Part shown: piece after piece, positions 18,517 through 30,500 of the stretch
Position numbering within the stretch: position 1 is the stretch's first letter
Layout of the letters: each line of letters starts with the position of its first letter
From: Bacillota bacterium
GTDB lineage: Bacteria > Bacillota > JAAYKD01
Direction of reading: 5' to 3'
Assembly: GCA_036744005.1 (NCBI GenBank)
Contig: DAINOJ010000003.1
Coordinates: forward strand, 29,403-93,402
DNA: 64,000 bases
The notes under the pieces: model-generated
Database searches by the model: none
Told to the model about the DNA's origin: nothing
The model's input: the letters and a program-made list of their open reading frames with translations, nothing else
Program-made: the position numbers and the translations under genes

Positions 18517-21500
18517 ATGTTCCGTCTCGGTACAAACCAGCGGTTCATTCGGGTGATTCATTGGTTATTGATATTTTCCATGATCGTCCCCCAAATTTCG
18601 GTAGTAGCGGTAGTGCAAGCACAAGAAAACGAGCAGACTCCAAGGCAGGAGTCTGTTTTTTTATCGGAAATCTCTTCCGACCCAGTTTTTCTGAGAGATG
18701 TTCCGGCAGGATCTACGGTGCAATTTGCGTCATATGATTGGCTGGTGCTCGATCCTGCCAATGGTATGCTGATCAAACAATCTCCCTATGGTACTCCGGT
18801 CCCCTACGACTCGTCAACACCGGGTGGTAATGTCTATTTCCAACCTTCGAATGCTAGCAACATTGGGTTTTTGTTAAATACGACCTTCTTATCCAGCTTA
18901 TCTGCACTCGACCAAAGCCGAATTCGCAATGTGAACTGGGAGATTGGGCCACAAGGACACGAGTGGGAGCACATCGTAGGTGCCAAGGTCGGGCTGTTAA
19001 ATACCATGCAAGTTCAAACCGAACCGGTAGCCAGCCAGTTGCAACCGTTTTTGGCGGACTCCTGGTTGCTGACTTGGCATGCCGTTGAGTATGATACATA
19101 TGCTTGGGCTTCCGGACTTTCTGGTAATTACTACATCGGTTCAGACCTTCTCCCAACCGTGGAAACCGATTACTCTGTGGGTCATAATGTCCACCCGGTG
19201 ATGTACTTATCCCCGAATACACCAACCTTAAGCGGAGCCGTCATACCACCACAAAATGAGATTCTTAGCTTCAGCGTACCGAACCAGAGGGGCGAAAGTG
19301 TGTTCGATTACGACACCTCGACCCTTACGTTTACGGTTACGGATTTGGTCGACCTAACCTCCATTGCCCCGCAAATTACGGTTTCTCCCGGAGCAACGTC
19401 TCAAGTGGTGAACGGTGTGGCTACGGATTTGTCGATTCCAACCACCTGCACCGTGACTTCATCCGATGGTTTCACAAAAAATTGGGTATTGGTTGCGCAG
19501 GTGCTTAGCACGAAAACCGATATCACTGAATTTAGCGTAGATGAAATGCAGCTGGTTGGCGAAGACAATTACGCCACCATAAACCGCAGTCTCCACACGG
19601 TACATTTTTTAGTCCCGGCAGATACCGATGTCACTCAACTGACCCCATCGATTTATGCCATGATGGATGCGAATATTGTACCCGAAACGAAAACAACGCA
19701 GGATTTCACTTCGCCGGTGGCTTATACCGTGACCGCCGAAGCGGGAAATTCGCAAAATTGGTTGGTCACTTGTGTGCGGGTAGGCGACACTGTGCCTTAT
19801 ACCGTAGAGCATTATCATCAGGATTTGGTCGGATTAAATTATTCCTTGAACCATACCCAAACTCTTTCGGGAACCTTGGGTAGCACCGTCACGGCTTCCA
19901 CCCAGAGCAGCTCTGGCTTTGTAGAAAACATCACCCAAGCAAACCGAATCACCTCTGGTGTGACCCAATTGGATGGCAGTTTAACTCTGCGACTTTATTA
20001 TGACCGGACTCTGCATCGTGTGACGTATGAAGAAGATGGTGGTAGTAGCGTGGCGGACCTCGCTTCTCTGCGCTATGGTAGTACGTTGACTACACCACAG
20101 ACTCCTGTCAGAACCGGCTACCAATTCTTGGGCTGGTTTACCGATGTAGACCGAACTCAAGCAGCATCTTTTCCCATGATCTTGACTGCAGACACCACCT
20201 TCTATGCCAAATGGCAATCTACGCTGGGAGAGCCGGGAGATATCACCGGATTTACGGTGCGCAATCAAAAAGGCAATAGCAGCATCACTCGTTATGATGG
20301 GTATGGTAGCATCGATTTGGTGATGCCAGCCGGTAGCGATGTACAATTCCTGTCACCGGTCATTACCACGGCTGCGGGTACGACGATTTCTCCTGCTTCC
20401 GGGGAAATTCGAGATTTTCGTGGCTCGGACCAATATGGGGTTGAATATACAGCAAGTTATGGCGAGGATTCAACTCTTGCCTGGTATGTACGGATGACCC
20501 TCGAAGAGGAACCCAAAGAAATTCGGACATTTCACGTCCCCGGACAGCTGGGAGACTCTATCATCAACCCAACCGACCATACCGTGTATTTTGTCATGCC
20601 TTTTGGTAGCGATGTAACTACTTTGCGGCCTTCGATTACCGTACCTAATTGGGACACCGTTTTTACAGGATACTGGTGGGGAGTGCAAAACTATTACTCA
20701 CCGACGGCATACGATGCAGAGGATTTCTCGTATCCGGTTGAATTTCATGTTGTAGGGAGCGATTCCATTGAGCAAAGTTGGACCGCTACCTGCAGGGTTC
20801 AGGCGGAAACAGCGGGGTATATTTCATCCTTTACTGTGCCAAGCCAGGTGGGGAACAGTTTCATCGACATGGTAAACCACAAAGTGGTCTTCCACATGCC
20901 CTACGGCACCGACGCCACTCATCTTGAGCCTACTATTGTAGTTCCTGCCGGAAGCACCCTGCAGCCCTTAGCCGATAGCGTTCGCGATTACTCCGGCTTG
21001 GTCTATTTCCAGGTCACTGCTCCGGGAGGAAGCCCCCAACTGTGGACCGTGCAATGCATCGTTGACCAGAATACCGAAAAGAGTATCGCAGGGGTGACCC
21101 TGGAGAAGAGCAAAGGTGTCGTCATCGATTCGGCTCTGCATACTGTCACCATAAAAATGCCGGCTGAAACCGATGTCACCAGTCTGGCACCACAGTTCCA
21201 ACTACCGGCGGGTGCAGAGATCTACCCTTCTTCCGGAATTGCCAAAGATTTCACTTCGCCAAGGCAGTACTTGGTTTATGCCCAAGATGGGAGCAAACAG
21301 CTTTGGACAGTAACAGTGTTACTATTGGGAAATGTGACCGTAGAGCATTATCAGATGATGCCTTCGGGAGATTGGTATGGAGTGGAGAGAGTCAACTATT
21401 ATTACGATCAGCAACCTAGTAGTACTTTTACCGCCGAAGCAGCTACTTTTGTGGGTTTTGTGGAGAACACCACGCACTCATCCCGTGTACCTGCCGGAAC

Positions 21501-24500
21501 CGTTCAAGCAGGGAAAACATTGACCCTCAAGTTGTATTACGACCGCCTACCCTACACCGTTCAATTTGTGGAAAATGGTGGTAGTGAAATTGCGGATTTA
21601 ACCCATGTTCTCTATGGAACCTGGCCAACACGACCCACTCCACCCGTGAAAACGGGGTATCGATTAGAAAACTGGTATACCGACCCAGAATGGACTAATG
21701 CTTATCAATTTAATGTGGATCTCACACAAGACCTAGTCCTCTACGCCAAATGGGAAGTCACCCCTCCCGTACTTTCACCTGCGGGTGGAAAGTATGCCCC
21801 GGGAATTACCGTGACAGCCGATATCGATTGCTATTACACCCTCGATGGCTCTGACCCACGCACCTCGTCCGGAGTGTTCCTCGCAGCGGGTGCAAGCATC
21901 GCCATAGACCAAACGACCTTGGTCAAATCGTGTTCTAAGCTTGCCGGAGAATATAGCCCGGTAGAAGAAACCACCTATGAAATCGTTACAACCAAATATT
22001 TGGTGAGCTTTGAGAGCAATCACGGAAGTGCCGTCGAAGCACAAGAAATTGCCTATGGACATCGTGCCACATTGCCGCAGACGCCGACTCAATATGGGTA
22101 CACCTTTGTTCATTGGTGCAGCGATATTCATTTAAGTGAACCGTATGATTTCTCAACCGCAGTTTATGAGGATATCACCCTGTATGCAAAGTGGACGTTC
22201 GCTACCTTAACCATCACCTTCGATACCCAAAGTGGGAGTACCATAGAACCCGTTTCTGCATGGTTTGGCACCTACTTAACCGAACCCACCCCACCCAGCA
22301 AAGCCGGATATACCTTTAAAGAGTGGAACCCAGCTTTCCCGAGCACCATGCCGGGAGAAGATATCACCTTAACTGCCATTTGGACTGCCAACCAGTATAC
22401 TCTACACTTCAATTCCGACGGTGGAAGCACTGTTGCAGACCAGTTGCAAACCTATCTTCAACCCATATCGGCTCCGGTTGCTCCTACCAAAACAGGATAT
22501 ACGTTTGCCGGTTGGTCTCCGGCGATTCCCAATGTCATGCCCATGTCCGATCTTACTGTCACGGCCCAATGGACGGTGAATCAATATACCATCACTTTCG
22601 ATTCTGACGGTGGCACAGCCGTATTACCTATAACTCAAGATTATGGCAGTACCCTGATTTCACCCGAGAATCCTACCAAAACCGGATACGAATTTGGTGG
22701 ATGGACTCCGTTTCTCCCTGCTACCATGCCTGCTGAGAATTTGACCTTGACAGCGTACTGGGGAGCAAATTTCTATACCGTCACCTTGGACACCAACGGG
22801 GGCAATCTCATCGACCCCATCCGCCGCGAAGTCAACACGGTGTTGACGGCACCGGCCAATCCAGTGCGAGCCGGATATATCTTTACTAGCTGGCAACCCT
22901 CATTCCCCTCGACAATGCCTGCTAATAACATGACCATTACAGCACAATGGCAAGCCAATTCGATTACACTGAGCTTTGATTCGGCCGGTGGTTCTGAAGT
23001 GGCTTCGATAGTACAGCTGTGCGATACGACGTGGACTCCTCCAGCGAATCCAAGCCGAGCCGGATATACCTTTGTTGCCTGGAACCCACTCTTGCCGAGC
23101 AAAATACCAACCTCTAACCAAACCCACACGGCAATGTGGAGCATCAACTCTTATACGATCAGCTTTACTACCGCAGGGGGCTCCGATGTTGCGAGTATGA
23201 CAGAAGCGTACAATACCCCCCTAACCCAGCCAACGAATCCAACCCGAACCGGCTATACCTTTAGCGGTTGGAATCCCACTTTCCCCACGAAGATGCCTGC
23301 CGAAAATCGAACCTTGGTGGCTCAGTGGACTCCGAATCTTTACACAGTGACCTTTGATTCCAAAGGCGGCTCTGCGGTAACACCAGTCACCCAAGAATAT
23401 CTCAAAGCCATAACTCTACCGAGCAACCCCTCCAAAGCAGGGCATACCTTTACCGGCTGGTATACCGATGCCGAAGCCACACTGTTATATGACTTCAACA
23501 CACTGATTACCGGAAATCGTACCCTTTATGCCGGTTGGCAGATACAAAGTTACCTGGTTCGCTTTGAAGACTGGGATGGCGAACTCCTCAAAGAAGAAAC
23601 AATAATCTATAACACCGCATCCAATCCACCGGTGAGTCCCGACCGTATGCCGACCGCTCAATACTTCTTTGAATTTACTGGTTGGGGTGGGGATACCAGC
23701 AAAATCACGTCTGCAACCACCTTTACAGCGGTGTATGAATCCATTTTGCGCCAATACACAGTGTATTACCTCGATACCACTGGGACAGAGATCTCCACCC
23801 AAACCGTTGCTTACGATAACTGGGCTGCGGAACCTCAACAACCTTATCGTGAGGGTCTCACCTTCATGGGTTGGTACCAAGATTCTGCTTTGATAAATGC
23901 GGTCACATTCCCGGTGCTCATACAGGGGGACATGTCGTTCTATGCCAGTTTCAAACGACCCGGAAACGAAATACTATCTTTCGAAGTAGCTGGGCAAGTA
24001 GGGAGCACCAGCATCGACTCCTATTTCAACATCGTGAGCCTAGTGGTACCATGGCATACCGACCGCACTCAACTCGTGACCACCATTACCGTTTCTCCGG
24101 GGGCACTGGTTTCGCCGGCTTCCGGAGTCGCCACGGATCTTAGTAATGGCAAGAATTTCACAGTCACTGCAGAAGATGGCAGCCAAAAACAGTGGTTGGT
24201 AATGGTTGGCGAAGCTGAATCTCCCAACGAAATTGAAACGTTCAAGGTTACCGGTCAAAATGGAGATAGCATCATCGACCCCGTCGCCCGCACGGTTGTC
24301 TTTCACATGCCCTTTGGCAGCAATGTGACCGCCTTAAGACCTGAAGTAACACTGACCTATGGGGCGTATTGCAACATTGGCTGGTTCCCCGACATGGACT
24401 ATGGGGGTCGTAATCCGGTTGATTTTACTTATCAAGTGAAATACACCGTGATTACCGACCAGAAAGGATCCTACTCGTATTGGCAAGAATGGCTGGTAAG

Positions 24501-27500
24501 CTGTGTTATCGATCCCAACACTGCCCATGATTTCACTGCGTTCTCTGTGCAAAATCAGGTAGGCAACAGCGAAATCAACACAGCAGACCATACCATTGTC
24601 TTTCATATGCCCTATGGGACTGACGTAACCAATTTGCAACCCCAGTGGACGTTGTCGGCCAATGCTGCGGTGAGCCTAGGGGCTTCCATCCGGGACTATA
24701 GTCAACCTGTTACCATGACTACTCGCTCCGAAAGTGGGGCAGAGCAAGTGTGGCAAATCACATGTGTCGTAGATCCCAACCGAGCCAACGATATTACCCA
24801 GTTTGTGGTGGCGAACCAAGTAGGGAGTAGCCAAATCGATGCGGCGAATCACACGATTGTATTCCACATGCTCTACAACACCGACGTCTCGGTCTTAACG
24901 CCACAAGTATTGATATCGGAAAAAGCCACCCTTTCGCCGGTGTCTGGACTGGTTCGTGATTTTAGATTACCTCAAACCTATGAAGTGACCTCTCAGAGTT
25001 TAGAAGTTCAGAATTGGACCGTGACCTGCGTGGTGGACCCCAATCGTGAAAACAAGATAGTAAGTCTGACCGTGCCAGGGCAAATAGGGCAGACTACTTG
25101 GGACGAAAGCAAGCAAGCCTGGGTGTTCCATGTGCCCTACGGAACCAACATTCAACAACTTACACCGAGTTTGACTCTCTCGGAGGAAGCTTCCGTGAAT
25201 CCAGCCAGTGGTACGACCTTAGATTTCAGCCAAGAGCAAATCTACACCGTGATTGCTCAAGGAGGAGAAATTCAAACTTGGGCCGTCCAATGTATGGTCG
25301 AACCCAACCAAGCAAACGACATCCTCACTTTTGTTGTAGACCGTCAGGTGGGCGAGAGCCTCATCGATGCGGCTCTACATACGGTGACCTTCCATATGCC
25401 CTATGGCACCAACGTCAAGACCTTAAACCCGAGCTTTACACTATCGGAACGGGCCAGCAGTGATGTGGCATCGGGAGTCCCTCGAGATTTTACACTTCCG
25501 GTGACCTACGGTATTCTCTCCGATAGTCAAGACGTACAGCTTTGGACCGTGACCTGTGTGGTGAACCCCAACACGGAAAACCGAATTCTTGGTTTCTCTG
25601 TGCCAAGCCAATCGGGTAGTAGTGTGATCGATACCAATGCACATACCATTACCCTTGCAGTTCCCTATGGCACACCCACTGGTGCGGTCATACCCACCTT
25701 CACCATTTCAGCAAAATCAACGGTAGAACCGGGCATTGGCGCAAGCGTGAATCTCGGGCAGCCGGTTGTCTACACCGTGACCTCTCAAAGTGGAACAGCT
25801 CAAACCTGGACCGTGACATGCAATATTTTACCCAATACCCAAAAGAATATAGAGCATTTTACGGTTCCGGGCCAAATCGGGGATACGGTCATAGACCAGA
25901 TCAACCATACCGTGCGCTTTGAAATGCCGTTTGCGACTCCGGTTACGGCCTTGACTCCAACCCTTGTCCTCTCAGTCGAAGCCAGCGTTTCACCAATCTC
26001 AACAGCTCAAGTCGACTTTTCTCAGCCGCAAACCTTTACAGTGACTGCACAAGATGGCACCAGTCAGGCATATATTGTGACTTGTATCCGTCGCAATACG
26101 GCGAATGATATTGTGAGTTTCCGAGTCAATGGTCAATACGGAAGCACTCAAATCGATTCTGTGAATCACAGCGTCCTCTTCTACTTGTTCCCAGGCACGT
26201 CCGTGAGCGCTCTTGCACCTACCCTAGAATGTTCCACTGGTGCCACGGTTTCACCAGTCAGCGGTAGAGAGCAAAACTTCAGTTCCGCCGTGGTCTACAC
26301 CGTTACCGCTGAAAACGGAACCCCCCAACTTTGGACGGTGACTTATCGCATATACTATGAACCCGAAGAAGAGGTAGCTCCACCGGTTAAACCACCAACA
26401 CCCCCTCCGGAAGATCAACCCTTGAAACCCAAGGAGCTGGAAGAGAAAATCGAACCATTAAAGAAAACCTTTGTTCAGGTGGCAACCGATAGCGCTTCGG
26501 GAATCACTTCCAAAACTGCAACCCTTGCAGGCCGCATCGTTGCAGGTGGCGGGGACTTGACCGTGGGATTCCGCTACCGTCAAGCCGGTCAAAGCGATTG
26601 GATGTATACCGGAACCAGCAGTCAAACCATTGGCAATGGTGGAACGTTCTCCACAACCTTGACGGATCTCTTACCCGGAACCGAATATGAAGCAGAAGCC
26701 AGAGCAGCCAACAGCTTTGGTTTAGGGGAAGGCGGAGTCGTATCTTGGAAGACCACAGCGGCAACAGCACCGAAAGTGGCAACCTATGAAGCCGTTGGGT
26801 TGAGCTTAAATCAAGCTACCCTCACGGGTGCGGTACTGGATGATGGAGGATCTGTTCTCACCAATACCGGCTTCCAATGGGGCTTGAGTGAAGATTCTGC
26901 TTCCGAAGTGAGCACCGGCATCGGTAAACTACTACAAACCACCATTACGGACTTGAAACCGGGTCAGAAAATCAGCTATCGTGCATTTGCCGGCAATGCC
27001 GTTGCGACGACCTATGCTTCTTGGCAAACCTTTACAGTTCCTGGTTTGGTCGTCACCACCTTGAAGCCAACCGAAATCACTCGATCATCGGCAACTTTGC
27101 AAGGTCTCATCGTCGGCAGTAGCAAAATCATCGAAAGCGGTTTCAGTATTAGCCCGGGAGATGTCAATCTCCTCTTGGCAAACCCCAATGCGCAAGGTGA
27201 ATTCTCGGTCAACTTGCAGAACTTAAAACCCGATGCCAAGTACTATTACACGGCCTATGCCAAAACAGCCGTCGGAGAATTCCGTGGCGAAGTTCAAGAG
27301 TTGATACTCGTCAATGACTTCCCGGTGGTAGAAACGTTGGAAGCCACGGAGAAGGCAACCATTGTGGCCAACATCGGTGGCTATGTCATCAAGAACAGTG
27401 GCTATAAGATTACCGACAGTGGCTTTGTCTGGGGTATGGACCCCAATCCCGACCAAAAAATCTCGGTGTCTCCTGGTGAAGACCTACGAACCCTGCAATA

Positions 27501-30500
27501 TAAACTGGTGGGGTTAAAGGGGGGTACCACTTATTACTATCGAGCCTATGCTACGAACGAAAAGGGTACTGGATACGGTAAGACCATGCAGTTTATCACT
27601 GCAAAGGCCCTAAAACCGACAGTGGTGACGCAATCGGTGAGCTTTGACCCTGCCAGCTGGCAATGGGTTCTGGTGGGAAGTGTTGCCAACAACGGTGGCG
27701 TTCCTTTGGTGGAATATGGCTTCCGCATTAGCAGCGATGAAAGCCAATGGGCGAATTTGGTGGTTGGCTTCGACGTGCGTGGGAATTATATCTCGAGAGG
27801 GTTGCAGTTCATGGATGAACTAACACCCGGTACATACTACATGCGTGCGTATGCTTTGAACCCAGGTGGCATGGGAGAAGGGGAAATCCTCTCGTTTAAG
27901 GTGCCCACCAAACCGAGTATCACGGCTGCAGTGGATAGGGAAAGCATTGTATTGGATCATCTCACACTCGTCGGGACAATCACCGATACGGGCGGTTCAG
28001 AGATTTCTTGTGTGACCACTCAATTTAAGGTTCGCAAAGTGGGTGAAAGCGAATGGACTACACTGGGGACCACCCAAGGTGTGTTTGGAATAGGGGATTT
28101 CCGTTTTGATGCCAGCAGCTTGTCCCCCGGAGCGAAGTATGAGCTCATGGCCGAGGCTCGCAACCAAATTGGCTGGGGAAGCAGTGCGGTGGTTTCTTTC
28201 CAAATGAACTATGGCAAAACAGATCGAGATGCGGTAACGTATTTGAAAACACAAGGAAAGACGGCTACCGAGATTGCTACGCTTTTGAAGACCTATTATC
28301 AAGATAGCCCGGCCTCTGCCTTTGCTGCCTTGGTATTTGGAGAATTCAGCTTAAGTGACATCACAGCGGCGATGAAACAATCGACATATGCCACCAGCCA
28401 CCGTAATGTGGCAAACCTCATTCAACAAGCAGGTTACGATGCTAAGGCTCTGACGAAAGTGATGTTAGAGCATTATGACCGTGATGTACTAATGATGGCC
28501 AGCGGGAATCGAGAAGAAGGTGCCTTGCTGTTAGCCAAAGTCAGTGGGTATACTTCTGTTGATCTTGCCAAAGTATGTTTGGAGCTGTTCCAATACGATA
28601 CAGCAAGAACCGTATCCCGATTAAGTACTTATAATTTCTATGGGCAAGACGAAGCATATCGAGCGGCCCTAGAAGTGTATGGACTAGAGTCTATGATACA
28701 ATTTTTGCTTGCCCAAGCGAATAGCTCCTTGCAACGTAGTGGTCAAGGGCGTATGCTTACAATTTTGACGGAAACAACCGCTTTTTTGCGTAACGTTGCG
28801 AAGTTGAGTTCAGAAGAAACGGCAAGTGTGTTAACGCGTTTTCATGCTGGCTTAAGTGCCAAAGAGCTAGCCAATGCGTTCTATTATGCCAAAGAAACCG
28901 TTTTCGAAACGGGCAAGGCCATTGCTTACTTGTTTGGGAGCAATCTTTCTGATATCGCCAGAGCACTAGAAGATACGCCCTTGAAAGAAGAGCGCATCAA
29001 CGACTACCTGATTTTAGACCTCGGAGCATCGGCTTTGGATATGGTGCCCATTGTGGTCGATATCTATAACCACTGGATGGACCCCAAAGAAGGGTGTGCC
29101 ATTATTTTCAAAACCTACTTCAAGTTAGATGCGATTGGTGCGGCGAAAGTTTTATATGCCGCCGGATGGACGGAGAATGTCGTCGATTATCCCGGTTATG
29201 GATTAGGTAATCTCATTTGGACCATGAAGTTACACTATGGCTACACCAGTGATGCGCAGTTGATTGAAGTATTTAAAGCGCTGGGGTTGTCCCCTCTGGA
29301 AGTAGCCAAACGGTTGGTGAACAATTCCGGCTGGCGGTGGTTACCATCATACCGGTTGGGTGGATACACAGCGACCGATGCCGCGGTCTGGCTCAAAGCA
29401 GATTGGGTGAAATACGGTCGTAGAACGCAAATCAGTCAGACCATTAAGATGTGCTATGAGGCCGGTTATGAGGTATCGGACATTGCATCGGCTTTGATTT
29501 TCCACTATGACCTCGAAATTGCTGAGGCCATGGCATTCTTTGTCGACAACATCAATCTGAGCTCGACAGCCATTAACGAAGCATTAACCAAGGCTTATGG
29601 CAAAGATCCTTTACAAAGCGCAGTAGAAAAAATGAAAGGGCAACCGCTGGAGAAGATTCTTTCGACTCTAAAGAGTACGTATGAAGTGAAAGATCCGGTT
29701 GAGGTGACAAATTTACTAATCAAAGCGGGGTATTCGCAGGAAGCCATTTTCGAAAAGATGATTTGGACCTATTTTGAATCGTTTAATCGGCGAGAGCATC
29801 TTGAGGCATTTACGGCATATCTGCAACAAATAGACTCTGGATTGAATCGAAAAGACGCCATGAATGCATTTCTGCGTCGAAATCAACTTGCGGAAGGCCC
29901 AGAACACGCTGCCGGTTTCCTCAGGCATTCTGCACAGTATTCTATGAGTGAAATCGCGGAAATCTTCCAAAACGAGTACCAAATAACCATTGCAGAGGCG
30001 TTGACCGTCTTCTTTAGCACCTTTGGAGCAGGCAAAGAAGTAGAGTATTACCCGGTTGTCGTCAAGGCCTACGATATGGACGTTAGCAGTTACATCAGAT
30101 ATCAACACAAACGGGGCATTGACGCAACCGAGAGTACCAAAGAACTCATCGACAACTTCAAACTGACCAATCAGATTGAAATCGCAGAAGTCCTCTACAA
30201 AAGTGATTACAATAAAGAAGCCATTGTCCAGAGTTTCCTGCAAGTATACTTCTCCGGTTTTCTAAGTCCGGAAGTAATAACGCTCATGAATGAGTTGGAT
30301 GAGAAGGTATTTAAGCAAGGATTGAGCGTACAAATCGAAACACTGACACAAAAAGGTACGTTGCAACCCGTAACAAAGGTGATTACAACCTTGTACGCCG
30401 CGGGGATTTCGCTAACAGAGATCATCCGAACTCTGAAAGATTTATATGCACTTTCTCAGAAAGAAGCTCATGACAGTACCATGGCGGTGTCTCTGTTCTC